Source of the DNA: a bacterium
GTDB lineage: Bacteria > Patescibacteriota > Microgenomatia > Levybacterales > UBA12049
DNA: 64,000 nt
Assembly (NCBI GenBank): GCA_021777565.1
Contig: JAJYDJ010000005.1
Span: 30,400 to 94,399 of the forward strand
Direction of reading: 5' to 3'
Under the pieces are notes generated by a model. That model was not told where the DNA came from. It worked only from the letters and a program-made list of their open reading frames with translations, and made no database searches. Position numbers and translations under genes: made by a program. Numbering within the stretch: the stretch's first letter is position 1; each line of letters begins with the position of its first letter. This document shows, piece by piece, positions 9,384 through 18,766 of this stretch.

Positions 9384-9947
9384 TTAGAATTTTACCAAGA
9401 CAGACTTTTTCTCTTCTTCAGTCGCTGCAAAGAATTGTGCAGACTTAAATCCGAGCATCTGGCCAAACATCATAGTTGGAAATACTGCTAACTTTGTATT
9501 GAAATCCATGACCATGCTGTTGTAGAACTGTCGAGCATACGCGATTTTATTCTCAGTATCAGATAATTCTTCCTGGAGTGATAAAAAATTCTCATTGGCC
9601 TTCAGTGTTGGGTAATTCTCACTGACCGCAAAAAGAGATTTGAGTGTCTCTCCAAGTTCATTATTTGCTTTTGCCTTTTCGCTAACACTCCCTGCTTCCA
9701 TCAGCGCAGTACGCGCCTTGGTAATGTGCTCGAGAAGTTCTTTTTCATGCTTGGCATACCCTTTGACTGTTTCTACCAGATTAGGGATCAAATCACTTCT
9801 TCTTTTCAGTTGTACATCGATTTGAGAGAATGCTTCGTCAATACGAACTTTTGCCGTAATCAGGCTGTTATACGACGCCCATAGAAAGAGTGCTACGAAA
9901 GCGACAATTGCAATAATTACTAATCCTATTCCCATATCATTCACCAC
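9384..9947 (-). CDS. lemA: LemA family membrane protein
   Basis: N-terminal TM followed by a conserved LemA coiled region (DEAFSQIDVQLKRRSDLIPNLVETVKGYAKHEKEL...). LemA sits just upstream of htpX, a common pairing. Confidence 0.7.
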   Translation of the reverse strand: MVNDMGIGLVIIAIVAFVALFLWASYNSLITAKVRIDEAFSQIDVQLKRRSDLIPNLVETVKGYAKHEKELLEHITKARTALMEAGSVSEKAKANNELGETLKSLFAVSENYPTLKANENFLSLQEELSDTENKIAYARQFYNSMVMDFNTKLAVFPTMMFGQMLGFKSAQFFAATEEEKKSVLVKF

Positions 9948-11709
9948 CTTTCAACCATTTCGCAAATTCATTATACCCTAACGTATTAAGAATATCTTTT
10001 TTCTCGGCCCACCCTCGTCTGGCATTATAGACGCCATACTGCATAAGGTCCATGTGAGACACTTCATGACTATCGGTATCGATCACCATTTTGACCCCAT
10101 GCTTTATCGCTTCTTGAATAAGAGTATCAGGTAAGTCAGTGCGCTCTGGCCACGCGTTAATTTCTAGTGCTTTATTATGCGTCTTGCAGAAATCAAACAA
10201 CGTGTCCCAATCAACATCATAGCTTTCACGCGAACCAAACAGTCTGCCCGTTGGATGAGCAAGAATTTTTACTTTGGGATGAGAAAGTCCCGCAAGAATT
10301 CTTTGTGTCATTTTCTCTTTACTCATCCCAAATGAGCTATGAATGGAGACAATACCAGCATCCAGGAGCGAGAGGCTCTTGTCATCTACCGAGAGCGATC
10401 CATTGGCCAGAATATCTATCTCGAGCAATTTAATTACTCGAACACTTTTTATGTTTGATTTAATGTGTTCGATATGCTCATCTCGCTTTTGGAGTATGGA
10501 AAAAATTTGCCTTTCTGTATGTTGAGAAACACTCGGATTATGTTCTGAAAATCCTAAGTATTCGTATCCAAGTTGTTCTGCTTTCTTAAGCATATCCTCC
10601 ATGCTTGTCAGACCCAAGTCATGGCTTGGCTCGATAGGATAACTAGAATGGGTATGTAAATCCCCTTTGATATCTTTTAGTTCAACTAGGTGAGGCAGCG
10701 AGTGCTTTTCAGCGAGTTCAATCTCTCCTCTATCTTCTCGCATTTCAGGAGGTACCCATTCTAGCCCCATTGCGTTATAAAACTCTTCCTCTGTTTTATA
10801 TTTTTCTCGAACTTCGGATTTTTTATCCAATCTCTTGATTCCATACTCTGAAAGAGATAATTTTTTTCTTAGTGCCAGATCACGCAAGTGGACGTTATGA
10901 TGTTTACTCCCGGTAAAATGCTGCAAGAGTGACCCAAATCCTTCTATTGGCTGTACCATCAAATCCACCTGCTGACCACCACTAGTAAGTAGTGACGCGG
11001 TATTGGGGCCTTGCTCTATCACACGACTTTTATAGGGATACTGTACAAAATGAGCAATGACTTTTTCAGGCTCGTTAGATGCGACAGCTATATCTATATC
11101 CCCAACCGTAAAGACACGTCGACGAAGACTTCCCAGTGCCTCTGCCTGATGTACTTCAGGAATCTTTTTCAGATAGTCGGTTAGTTGCATGGCGATTTTG
11201 TCAGCGAAGGGAAGCAGCATGCGAGTTGTTTTACCAGCGCCTTTTCCAAACTCTTCTAAGGCTCGAATCAATGCTTGCTGAGACGTTTCACCAAATCTTT
11301 CAATCGTAAGCTTTTCACTTGTTAACTTTTTTTTCAGATCTGCAATGACGGTCTCAGGCTTTGATAAATGTAATTCTGTTACTAACTTATAGGCACGTTT
11401 TGGTCCAATACTGGGGACATCAAGAAGTGGAAAAACGGCTGCAGGAATTTTTTTCAGAAATGTCTCAAAATGTTTTACTTTTCCTTTTGTGACGAGTTCT
11501 GTCAGATGACCGCGCATGATTTCTCCAATTCCTTTGACATCTGCTAACTTCCCTTCGCGTACGAGATCAGTCACTTGCTCAGCACTGGCTGAGATGATAT
11601 CTGCTGCTTTTTCATACGCAACTAACTGAAAATGATACTCACGATCATTCAGGATCGTCATTGCAGCGGCAACATTGCGCAGGAGTTTGGCTATCTCTGC
11701 ATTGGTCAT
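9937..11709 (-). CDS. polX: DNA polymerase X family protein (Pol beta-like nucleotidyltransferase + C-terminal PHP phosphoesterase)
   Basis: HhH/Pol-beta core (GSLRRRVFTVGDIDIAV), PHP domain (DLHTHSSY..., HTQRILAGLSHP...). Start taken at MTNAEIAKLL (11709). Confidence 0.75.
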   Translation of the reverse strand: MTNAEIAKLLRNVAAAMTILNDREYHFQLVAYEKAADIISASAEQVTDLVREGKLADVKGIGEIMRGHLTELVTKGKVKHFETFLKKIPAAVFPLLDVPSIGPKRAYKLVTELHLSKPETVIADLKKKLTSEKLTIERFGETSQQALIRALEEFGKGAGKTTRMLLPFADKIAMQLTDYLKKIPEVHQAEALGSLRRRVFTVGDIDIAVASNEPEKVIAHFVQYPYKSRVIEQGPNTASLLTSGGQQVDLMVQPIEGFGSLLQHFTGSKHHNVHLRDLALRKKLSLSEYGIKRLDKKSEVREKYKTEEEFYNAMGLEWVPPEMREDRGEIELAEKHSLPHLVELKDIKGDLHTHSSYPIEPSHDLGLTSMEDMLKKAEQLGYEYLGFSEHNPSVSQHTERQIFSILQKRDEHIEHIKSNIKSVRVIKLLEIDILANGSLSVDDKSLSLLDAGIVSIHSSFGMSKEKMTQRILAGLSHPKVKILAHPTGRLFGSRESYDVDWDTLFDFCKTHNKALEINAWPERTDLPDTLIQEAIKHGVKMVIDTDSHEVSHMDLMQYGVYNARRGWAEKKDILNTLGYNEFAKWLKGGE

Positions 11710-11733
11710 ATCCTCACCTAGCGTAGCAGACCG

Positions 11734-11762
11734 TTGTGAGGAAAACAATAATTTGGTACAAT
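11734..11762 (+). promoter_or_regulatory. Sigma70-type promoter for tRNA-Asp
   Basis: TTGTGA(11734-11739), 17-nt spacer, TACAAT(11757-11762). The tRNA starts 15 nt downstream. Confidence 0.5.
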
Positions 11763-11776
11763 AATCGTGCCCTTTT

Positions 11777-11850
11777 GGGGTTGTAGCTCAGTTGGTTAGA
11801 GCGTCTCCCTGTCACGGAGAAGGTCGCGGGTTCGAGCCCCGTCAATCCCG
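11777..11850 (+). tRNA. tRNA-Asp (anticodon GTC)
   Basis: Clean cloverleaf: acceptor GGGGTTG/CAATCCC, D-arm GCTC..GAGC, anticodon stem TCTCC/GGAGA with loop CTGTCAC, T-arm GCGGG-TTCGAGC-CCCGT, discriminator G. CCA is not encoded. Confidence 0.9.
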
Positions 11851-11897
11851 CAAGAACACTCTCTCTAATACGATTAAATCTAGTTGGGGAAATAGTA

Positions 11898-12359
11898 TTA
11901 ACTTTGAGGCATCAAGTGGAAAGTCCCATCAAGAATTGCATGTCCTAAGTCTGTCAATGTTAACTCCTGTGGCTCTTTACCTAAACGTTCAGCAAGCAAA
12001 GCAGCTTCCATCTTATACATAAGTCCCATTGCTGTGAGCTCATCAGCCCCTCGATGAGCAGTGGCTCCAACAGCTAAAATATAAAGTACAATACTGTTTT
12101 CACCAACTTGTGATTCTGGGAAAAGTCTCTGCCCTGTCCAAGCTGCGACACGCAGTGCAGCACTTCCTTCAGCTGCGCCAAGCACATTCATCATTTCATC
12201 AAATCTCTCCAGTTCTTCAGTACGCTCACCCCGGCGTAACCCATCACGAGCATCATTCCACAATGTAGACTCAAGAGCACGTGCATATTCTCCTGGACTA
12301 AAGACAGTGGTCATCTCTAGGTTTGAAAGGGCTAATCCTAAATCAATTTCGTTCGCCAT
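11898..12359 (-). CDS. Hypothetical protein (153 aa), mildly GC-rich, adjacent to tRNA-Asp
   Basis: Single clean ORF; acidic and helical composition. No motif recognised. Confidence 0.45.
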   Translation of the reverse strand: MANEIDLGLALSNLEMTTVFSPGEYARALESTLWNDARDGLRRGERTEELERFDEMMNVLGAAEGSAALRVAAWTGQRLFPESQVGENSIVLYILAVGATAHRGADELTAMGLMYKMEAALLAERLGKEPQELTLTDLGHAILDGTFHLMPQS

Positions 12360-12463
12360 GTCGCTGCATATTACAGGATTGTAAAAAAATTGTCAAATGC
12401 TATTAAATCGGGCTGATCATTCATCCCCTTGTAATCTTTTTCTTCCCCCTACATACTGAATAC

Positions 12464-13024
12464 ATGGCACATAATCACTACTTAAAAGTTCTCTTTGTTA
12501 CTAATGGCATTTTTGTTTTTGCAGCAAGTCTTTTGGGTCCTCTATACGCGGTCTTTGTACAGAAACTCGGCAATGGTATTTTAACCATCAGTGCAACCTA
12601 CGCAGCAGAGCTTCTCTCTGCGACAGTCTTTACGATCATCTTAAGTAGACTTCATGATAAATTCATCCGACACGAAGCACTTCTCTTGATAGGATTTTTG
12701 ATCCGTGCCGTTATCTGGATTACTTTTATGTTTATCCACTCACTTCCTGAATTGATGATACTTCAGGTAGCACTCGGAATCGGTGATGCGGTAGGATCAC
12801 CCGCATTTAACTCCTTCTTTGCTGAACATTTAGATAAGGATAAACATCTGCAAGAATATGCCGACTGGCAGGTGCTCAATAACGTTGCGGTAGCAGCGAG
12901 TACTATCGTTGGAGGATTTATCGCCAGTCTTTTTGGATTCCCAATGCTTTTTCTTACCATGGCATTATTAGCCTGTATTGCAGCAATCATCCTGATAAAA
13001 AATCTTCTTTTAGAGGCTCATTGA
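12464..13024 (+). CDS. Six-TM membrane protein resembling one half of an MFS transporter (orphan half, possibly a remnant)
   Basis: 186 aa, about 6 hydrophobic helices with MFS-like loop motifs (GIGDAVGSPAFNSFFAEH). No partner half is present on either side. Confidence 0.45.
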   Translation: MAHNHYLKVLFVTNGIFVFAASLLGPLYAVFVQKLGNGILTISATYAAELLSATVFTIILSRLHDKFIRHEALLLIGFLIRAVIWITFMFIHSLPELMILQVALGIGDAVGSPAFNSFFAEHLDKDKHLQEYADWQVLNNVAVAASTIVGGFIASLFGFPMLFLTMALLACIAAIILIKNLLLEAH

Positions 13025-13048
13025 CCGATGATAAAAAGGTGTTATAAT
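13021..13048 (+). promoter_or_regulatory. Sigma70-type promoter (extended -10) for the LysM gene
   Basis: TTGACC(13021-13026), 16-nt spacer, TGTTATAAT (TATAAT 13043-13048). The predicted start site (about 13055) lies after the first ATG (13051), which argues for the 13069 start codon. Confidence 0.45.
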
Positions 13049-13068
13049 GTGTGCACTGTCCACTCATT

Positions 13069-13734
13069 ATGCCGCGTACAAAAAAAGCGAAAACAACTAA
13101 ACCTCTTGCAACCCGGACAGTGAGAAGAACTCCTGTCAGGCCATCTATTGAGAGATATCAAAAAAATCCAATTGATTGGAGTCAATCCTATACAAGCCTC
13201 CTTTTGGGCGTCGTAGTCGTGATAGTCGGTGTGCTTTTTGTGGCATCTATTATCAGATCTCACAATGCCCTCAACCAAGAAACCAGTTCAATAAGTACTC
13301 AAAAACTCCAGCCAACACCAACACCAGCAACAAGTACCTATACCGTACAGGAAGGTGATAATTTGTGGAGCATTGCGATCAAATTCTATAACAATGGCTA
13401 TGCCTGGACCAAGATCGCAGAAGCAAACAAGCTCACAACCCCTGGCAGTATCGACAAAGGACAGACACTGATTATCCCCACAGTGCAGCCAACACCTGCG
13501 ACCTCATTTGGAGACTTACTTACGCCAACTCCTGCACCAAGCACACAACCAGTAGCTGCAGCCTCCAATGCAATTAGCGGGTCCACATATGTTGTTGAAC
13601 ACGGAGACAACCTCTGGGACATAGCAGTTCGTGCCTATGCAGATGGCTACAAATGGCCTGAAATTGCAAAGGCAAATCACCTTGCAAACCCAGGTCTGAT
13701 CTTCTCAGGGAACGTACTTATAATCCCGCGCTAA
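13069..13734 (+). CDS. Membrane-anchored protein with two LysM peptidoglycan-binding domains
   Basis: Two LysM repeats (YTVQEGDNLWSIAIKFYNNGYAWTKIAEANKL...IIP and YVVEHGDNLWDIAVRAYADGYKWPEIAKANHL...IIP). N-terminal basic tail plus a TM segment. Confidence 0.75.
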   Translation: MPRTKKAKTTKPLATRTVRRTPVRPSIERYQKNPIDWSQSYTSLLLGVVVVIVGVLFVASIIRSHNALNQETSSISTQKLQPTPTPATSTYTVQEGDNLWSIAIKFYNNGYAWTKIAEANKLTTPGSIDKGQTLIIPTVQPTPATSFGDLLTPTPAPSTQPVAAASNAISGSTYVVEHGDNLWDIAVRAYADGYKWPEIAKANHLANPGLIFSGNVLIIPR

Positions 13735-13736
13735 AT

Positions 13737-13765
13737 TTGCACTGAAGTAGTCAAATAGCTATAAT
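13737..13765 (+). promoter_or_regulatory. Sigma70-type promoter for tRNA-Gly (and probably the downstream mraY operon)
   Basis: TTGCAC(13737-13742), 17-nt spacer, TATAAT(13760-13765). tRNA starts 10 nt downstream. Confidence 0.55.
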
Positions 13766-13774
13766 GGATTCATT

Positions 13775-13849
13775 GCGGGCGTAGTTCACCGGTAGAATGT
13801 CTCCTTCCCAAGGAGAAGGTAGTGGGTTCGATCCCCATCGCCCGCTCCA
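13775..13849 (+). tRNA. tRNA-Gly (anticodon CCC), CCA encoded, discriminator U
   Basis: Acceptor GCGGGCG/CGCCCGC, anticodon stem TCTCC/GGAGA with loop TTCCCAA, T-arm GTGGG-TTCGATC-CCCAT, 3-prime end TCCA. Confidence 0.9.
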
Positions 13850-13881
13850 CGAGACATACCGGCATCGCATAATACAAATAT

Positions 13882-14889
13882 ATGTCAGAATTACTCGGAC
13901 TTATTACACTTTCAACCATCATCTCTCTTCTTTTGTTTGTTCCATTTATTGACTTTCTTTACAGCATCCGCATGCAGAAAATGAACAAAGATACGCGGGA
14001 CATGTTCGGTGAGAAGGTGAACATTTTTGACAAATTCAACGCATGGAAAGTTGGTACTCCTCATGGAGGCGGCCTTCTCATTATGCTTGTGACAACGGTA
14101 CTTACTTTGTGGGCATATGGACTGTTTGGCGTGAATGTTAACCCGTGGGTTGCGGCAGTTCTTTTTATAGCGTTTATCGGATTTGGCCTCTTAGGGCTTC
14201 TTGACGATATTAAAAAGCTTACTCACAAGTCATCAGGTTTTTTTGGGTTGGGTTTTGTGCCTAAATTCATTATCCAATGGGTGCTAGCGTTAAGTATCGC
14301 CTATATCCTTCAGGCACATTTGGGCTTTCACTTCCTCTTTATTCGTGGGCTTGGTCTGGTGCAGCTTGGATTTCTTTCTATTCCTTTCATCGCATTCGTC
14401 ATTGTCGCATTTGCCAACGCCATGAATATCACTGATGGTGTTGATGGTTTGGCTGGAGGACTCACACTTATTTGTTTGATCGCCTTCCTGGCAATCAGTG
14501 CCAATCAGCTCGACCAACCCCTCGGCATTTTTATTGGCATTCTCATGGGAGCGATTGGTGCATTCCTGTACTTTAATGTCTATAAAGCACGCATTTTCAT
14601 GGGTGATGTAGGTGCGTTGTCCCTAGGCGCTGTGCTGGCAGTTATTGGACTTCTGACCGGCAAAATCCTTGCGTTGAGTTTTATTGGTGCTGTCTTTATC
14701 ATTGAAGCAGCCTCATCTGGCATTCAACTTTTGTCATGGAAATTTAGAAAAAAGCCAGTATTCCCAGCCTCCCCTCTGCATTTGTACCTGCAAAATAAAG
14801 GTTGGGAAGAACCAAAGGTTACGATGCGACTCTGGCTTCTTGGCTCACTCTTTGCCATCATCGGACTGTATATTGCCTTTATTAGATAA
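13882..14889 (+). CDS. mraY: Phospho-N-acetylmuramoyl-pentapeptide transferase MraY
   Basis: 335 aa, 10-TM polyprenyl-phosphate N-acetylhexosamine-1-phosphate transferase motifs (NAMNITDGVDGLAGG, GDVGALSLG). Confidence 0.9.
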   Translation: MSELLGLITLSTIISLLLFVPFIDFLYSIRMQKMNKDTRDMFGEKVNIFDKFNAWKVGTPHGGGLLIMLVTTVLTLWAYGLFGVNVNPWVAAVLFIAFIGFGLLGLLDDIKKLTHKSSGFFGLGFVPKFIIQWVLALSIAYILQAHLGFHFLFIRGLGLVQLGFLSIPFIAFVIVAFANAMNITDGVDGLAGGLTLICLIAFLAISANQLDQPLGIFIGILMGAIGAFLYFNVYKARIFMGDVGALSLGAVLAVIGLLTGKILALSFIGAVFIIEAASSGIQLLSWKFRKKPVFPASPLHLYLQNKGWEEPKVTMRLWLLGSLFAIIGLYIAFIR

Positions 14890-15954
14890 ATGCACAAAGC
14901 TGCCCTTGTTTTACTTATTGTTACTGGTGTTCTCTCTCTTTTTGGCCTACTCATGGTCTACGATGCATCGTCCTTTGTTTCGTTCCAGACATTTGGCAAT
15001 CGCACCCACTATCTCACTGAACAAACAATCTCTCTTGCCATCGGCATCGTTGGGCTCATTATCGCAAGTTTTATACCATACAAAACACTTTTAAAACTCG
15101 CACTTCCCCTTCTGATCGGGACACTTTTTCTTCTCGTGCTCGTCTTTGTTCCTGGCATCGGGCTGAGCCTCAATGGGGCACATCGTTGGATACGACTTGG
15201 ATTTGGGACCTTGCAGCCAACTGAAATTGCAAAAGTCACACTAGCGATATACCTCGCCGCATGGCTTTCTCGCAGCGAGAAAGGCCGCTTAACCGCATTT
15301 TTAGTGTTAATTGGACTCACACTAGGGCTTGTCATGCTTCAGCCAGATATGGGCACAGGAATGATCATTTTGGGGGAGACGCTGTTGTTGTATTTCCTTT
15401 CAGGCAGCCCAGTCAAACAATTTCTTGCTATTTTGCCAGGGATCGGCATTGTCGGTGCATTTTTGGCCATCATTGAGCCATATCGTATGCAAAGACTGGT
15501 TACCTTTCTCAATCCTGACACCTCCATTAATACGCAGTCCTATCACGTACGTCAGATCTTGATCGCTCTGGGAACCGGTGGCGTATTTGGGGTGGGGATA
15601 GGAAATTCTCTGCAGAAATATGCCTATTTACCTGAGAACATGACTGATTCTATTTTTGCCATTATCGGTGAAGAGTTTGGTTTTTTAGGCACAACAATTT
15701 TTCTTGTCGCCTGCATTATCTTCCTCTACTGTGTCTTCTCTATAGCGACAAATGCGCCAAGCAAGGAAGGGAAGTTGCTTGCCGGGGGAATAGGCGCCTT
15801 TCTTGGCATGCAAATGCTTATTAACCTCGCTGCACAGACAGCCCTCATTCCACTTACTGGTGTACCCCTCCCTTTTGTATCCTATGGAGGGACAGCCCTT
15901 ATCGTGGACCTTATCACCGTAGGTATTGTATTAAATATCGCAAGGAGGCAATAA
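14890..15954 (+). CDS. ftsW: SEDS-family peptidoglycan glycosyltransferase FtsW (division copy)
   Basis: FtsW/RodA/SpoVE family (LMVYDASS..., PDMGTG..., GGTALI). Located between mraY and murG. Confidence 0.8.
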   Translation: MHKAALVLLIVTGVLSLFGLLMVYDASSFVSFQTFGNRTHYLTEQTISLAIGIVGLIIASFIPYKTLLKLALPLLIGTLFLLVLVFVPGIGLSLNGAHRWIRLGFGTLQPTEIAKVTLAIYLAAWLSRSEKGRLTAFLVLIGLTLGLVMLQPDMGTGMIILGETLLLYFLSGSPVKQFLAILPGIGIVGAFLAIIEPYRMQRLVTFLNPDTSINTQSYHVRQILIALGTGGVFGVGIGNSLQKYAYLPENMTDSIFAIIGEEFGFLGTTIFLVACIIFLYCVFSIATNAPSKEGKLLAGGIGAFLGMQMLINLAAQTALIPLTGVPLPFVSYGGTALIVDLITVGIVLNIARRQ

Positions 15955-15961
15955 TACACAT

Positions 15962-17086
15962 ATGAAAGTTCTTATCACCGGAGGCCATTTCTCACCAGCA
16001 CGTGCGGTAATGCATGCCTTCCCAAAATCAGTGCAGATCGTCTATGTTGGAAGGAAACATGCACTCGAGAAAGACAGTGCGCTTTCTCTAGAATATACCC
16101 TGTTACAAAAAGAGGGTGTCCCATTTCGAGAGATACAACCAGGACGATTTCATAGACTTCTCTACCGAAATACTCCGCTTTCTTTATATAAGATCATCAG
16201 AGGCTTTTTCCAGGCGTGGGCTATCGTCAACGAAGAAAAGCCAGATGTGATCCTTTCTTTTGGTGGATACGTCGCACTGCCTATTTGTGTTATCGGATTT
16301 CTTAAAAACATCCCTATCGTTTTGCATGATCAAACATTTGAGACAGGACTGACCAACCAACTCCTCTCTTATGTTGCAACAAAAGTATGTCTTTCCTGGA
16401 AATCTTCTGTCAAATATTTTCAAAAAGGGAAGACCATCGTTACCGGAAATCCTAATCTTGCAGAGATATTTTCCTATCGTGCACAAGAAGGGAAAAAGCA
16501 TCCACTGACTATCCTCGTCACGGGAGGCAATTCAGGATCTCATCGAATTAATGTATACATCGAACATTCATTGAAAGAGCTTCTTTCAATCGCGACGGTT
16601 ATTCACCAGACTGGTGATGCACAAGAGTTTAAAGACTATGACCGGCTTACCAAACTCGTTTCGTCATTCCCGCCAGAACTCCAGAAGAAATATCATATCC
16701 AGAAGTTTTTTACTCCAGAAGAGCTCCATATGCATGAAGCGACCGCTGATCTGGTAATCAGCCGTGCGGGCGCTAACACGGTTGGAGAACTGGCAATTTT
16801 GGAGAAACCTTCTCTGATGGTACCTATTCCACATACCCAGAGAGACGAGCAAAAAAAGAATGCGCAGTTTCTCAAAAATGCTGGTCTTGCGGTCGTAATA
16901 GACCAGGAGACAGTGACAGATGAACAATTTTTAGCCACTGTTCATGATATGATAAAACATAATGAAGACTATACTCTCAAAGATTCATTTAAGGCTGAAA
17001 TCGATACGCATCAAGAAGCCGCAGCCCATGTGGCGAAAATCACTCAGCAAGCTGCCTCAAGAGAGAAAACAAAGGAAGTTTCGTAG
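15962..17086 (+). CDS. murG: UDP-GlcNAc:lipid I N-acetylglucosaminyltransferase MurG
   Basis: GT28 N- and C-terminal domains (KVLITGGHFSPA..., VISRAGANTVGELAILEKPSLMVP). Confidence 0.85.
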   Translation: MKVLITGGHFSPARAVMHAFPKSVQIVYVGRKHALEKDSALSLEYTLLQKEGVPFREIQPGRFHRLLYRNTPLSLYKIIRGFFQAWAIVNEEKPDVILSFGGYVALPICVIGFLKNIPIVLHDQTFETGLTNQLLSYVATKVCLSWKSSVKYFQKGKTIVTGNPNLAEIFSYRAQEGKKHPLTILVTGGNSGSHRINVYIEHSLKELLSIATVIHQTGDAQEFKDYDRLTKLVSSFPPELQKKYHIQKFFTPEELHMHEATADLVISRAGANTVGELAILEKPSLMVPIPHTQRDEQKKNAQFLKNAGLAVVIDQETVTDEQFLATVHDMIKHNEDYTLKDSFKAEIDTHQEAAAHVAKITQQAASREKTKEVS

Positions 17087-17468
17087 TCTTTTTTTACGCA
17101 TACTCCTTTTTCTTGGTATTTTTCTCATTACCATAGCCATCCTTATCGGTATACAACTGATAAAAAACACACGAACTGCGGTGATGAATCCCCTGGGAAA
17201 TTTTGTGAACGATGCATCCGAAGACCAACTCAAACAAGCGCTCGCGACACAAGGAGTGAGCTATACATCCATTGCCCTCAGCACAGACGGTGCATATATT
17301 GTCCAGGTAAACTCATACATCACTGCGATATTTTCACCTAAAAAGGATATTTTTACGCAGGTGTCCTCTTTACAACGCATCACGAACCGCTTTACAATAG
17401 ATATGAAGAAGGCGTATCAGATAGATTTCCGCTATGATACGCCCGTTATTCGTACTACATCATTATGA
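17028..17468 (+). CDS. Small bitopic protein between murG and ftsA (FtsQ/DivIB-like by position)
   Basis: Basic N-terminus, one TM (LFLRILLFLGIFLITIAILIGI), about 100-aa extracytoplasmic alpha/beta domain. No confident POTRA match, so this is synteny-based. Start ambiguous: the ORF track gives 16962, overlapping murG by 125 nt. Confidence 0.35.
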   Translation: MWRKSLSKLPQERKQRKFRSLFLRILLFLGIFLITIAILIGIQLIKNTRTAVMNPLGNFVNDASEDQLKQALATQGVSYTSIALSTDGAYIVQVNSYITAIFSPKKDIFTQVSSLQRITNRFTIDMKKAYQIDFRYDTPVIRTTSL

Positions 17469-18766
17469 GTGAACAAAAAATTGTTGTTGGAATTGATGCA
17501 GGATCTGCCAAGATTGTCACGGTTGTTGGGAAAGTAGATGAAGAAGGCGTAGTTAATGTCCTCGGTGTTGCAGAAGTTACCTCAAGTGGTATTAAAAAAG
17601 GTCAAATTGTTGATATCGATGAAGCAGTGACCGCTATGAGTAACTCACTTGATGGTGCAGAGCGCATGGCCGGGCATTCTATCTCTCACGTTGTTGCCTC
17701 CATTGGTGGAAGCCATATTGAAAGCCTCAACTCCAAAGGAGTTGTTGCGGTCGCCAACGCAAAAGGGGAGATTGAACAAAGTGATCTCGAGCGTGTTATT
17801 GACGCGGCACGGGCTGTTTCTTTCCCTACCACTCGAGAGATTATTCATGTGCTCCCCCGCTTCTATACCGTCGATGGTCAGGAGGGGATTAAAGACCCGA
17901 TTGGCATGACTGGTGTACGACTCGAAGTAGACACGCACCTGGTGTCAGCAAGCAGCACGGCTATTCGAAATTTCGAGAAAGCATTGTCAGAAGTTGGTGT
18001 CGAGGTAGATGGCTTTGCGTTCTCCGGGTTTGCAAGCTCCTTGGCGGTACTTTCAGCTACTGAGAAAGAATTAGGTGTTGTGCTCATTGATATCGGTGCT
18101 GGGACGACAGATATTTCCGTCTACATTGAAGGTGCCGTGGCATATTCTGCCGTACTACCAATTGGAGCCCGCCATATCACCAACGACATTGCCATTGGGC
18201 TGCGTGTTTCCCTGGAAAGTGCTGAAAAAATTAAGCTATTTCTCTCCCGACCAGTTGCGAGAAAAGCGATCGGGTTGGCACCTGAGGAAGAAAAAGAGAA
18301 GAAACATGATGATGAACTTGATTTGTCCTCACTTCACTTGGATGAAGAAGTAAAAAAAGTGTCCCAAAAGACACTTTTGGACGGTATTATCCGCCCAAGG
18401 CTCAATGAAATATTTACCATGGTTGGTGCCGAACTTCGTAAATCCGGTCTTGGTGGCCAAACACCAGCGGGCTTGGTTATTACTGGTGGGGGAGCCAAGA
18501 CAGTGGGCATTGTAGACGCAGCCAAGCGTATGCTTGCCATGCCGGTACGCATCGGCTATCCAACTGATATCAAAGGCATTGTTGATGAGGCACAAGATAC
18601 CAGCTTTGCAACTGCCATCGGATTGTTGCGCTATGGTGCCACTCTTACCAATACCAAACAATCATTTAACTTCTCCATGCCCAAACTCGGTGGCCTACCT
18701 AAAATTGGTGGCACAGGAAAGCTTGGTAAACAGATTCTTAACCTTCTCAAATCCTTTATCCCATGA
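17465..18766 (+). CDS. ftsA: Cell division protein FtsA
   Basis: Actin-like ATPase (VVGIDAGSAKIVTVVG..., DIGAGTTDISV, ITGGGAKT). Confidence 0.85.
   Translation: MSEQKIVVGIDAGSAKIVTVVGKVDEEGVVNVLGVAEVTSSGIKKGQIVDIDEAVTAMSNSLDGAERMAGHSISHVVASIGGSHIESLNSKGVVAVANAKGEIEQSDLERVIDAARAVSFPTTREIIHVLPRFYTVDGQEGIKDPIGMTGVRLEVDTHLVSASSTAIRNFEKALSEVGVEVDGFAFSGFASSLAVLSATEKELGVVLIDIGAGTTDISVYIEGAVAYSAVLPIGARHITNDIAIGLRVSLESAEKIKLFLSRPVARKAIGLAPEEEKEKKHDDELDLSSLHLDEEVKKVSQKTLLDGIIRPRLNEIFTMVGAELRKSGLGGQTPAGLVITGGGAKTVGIVDAAKRMLAMPVRIGYPTDIKGIVDEAQDTSFATAIGLLRYGATLTNTKQSFNFSMPKLGGLPKIGGTGKLGKQILNLLKSFIP

Noticed and set aside
11898-12359. The 153-aa protein as a DinB/YfiT-type bacillithiol S-transferase
   Set aside because: It lacks the His-triad motifs (HHLxDSH and HxHHH) of that family.
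16962-17468. Full 168-aa ORF starting at 16962 as the ftsQ-like gene
   Set aside because: It would overlap murG by 125 nt in another frame. The internal start near 17028, or a later one, is more plausible. The gene is kept but with low confidence.
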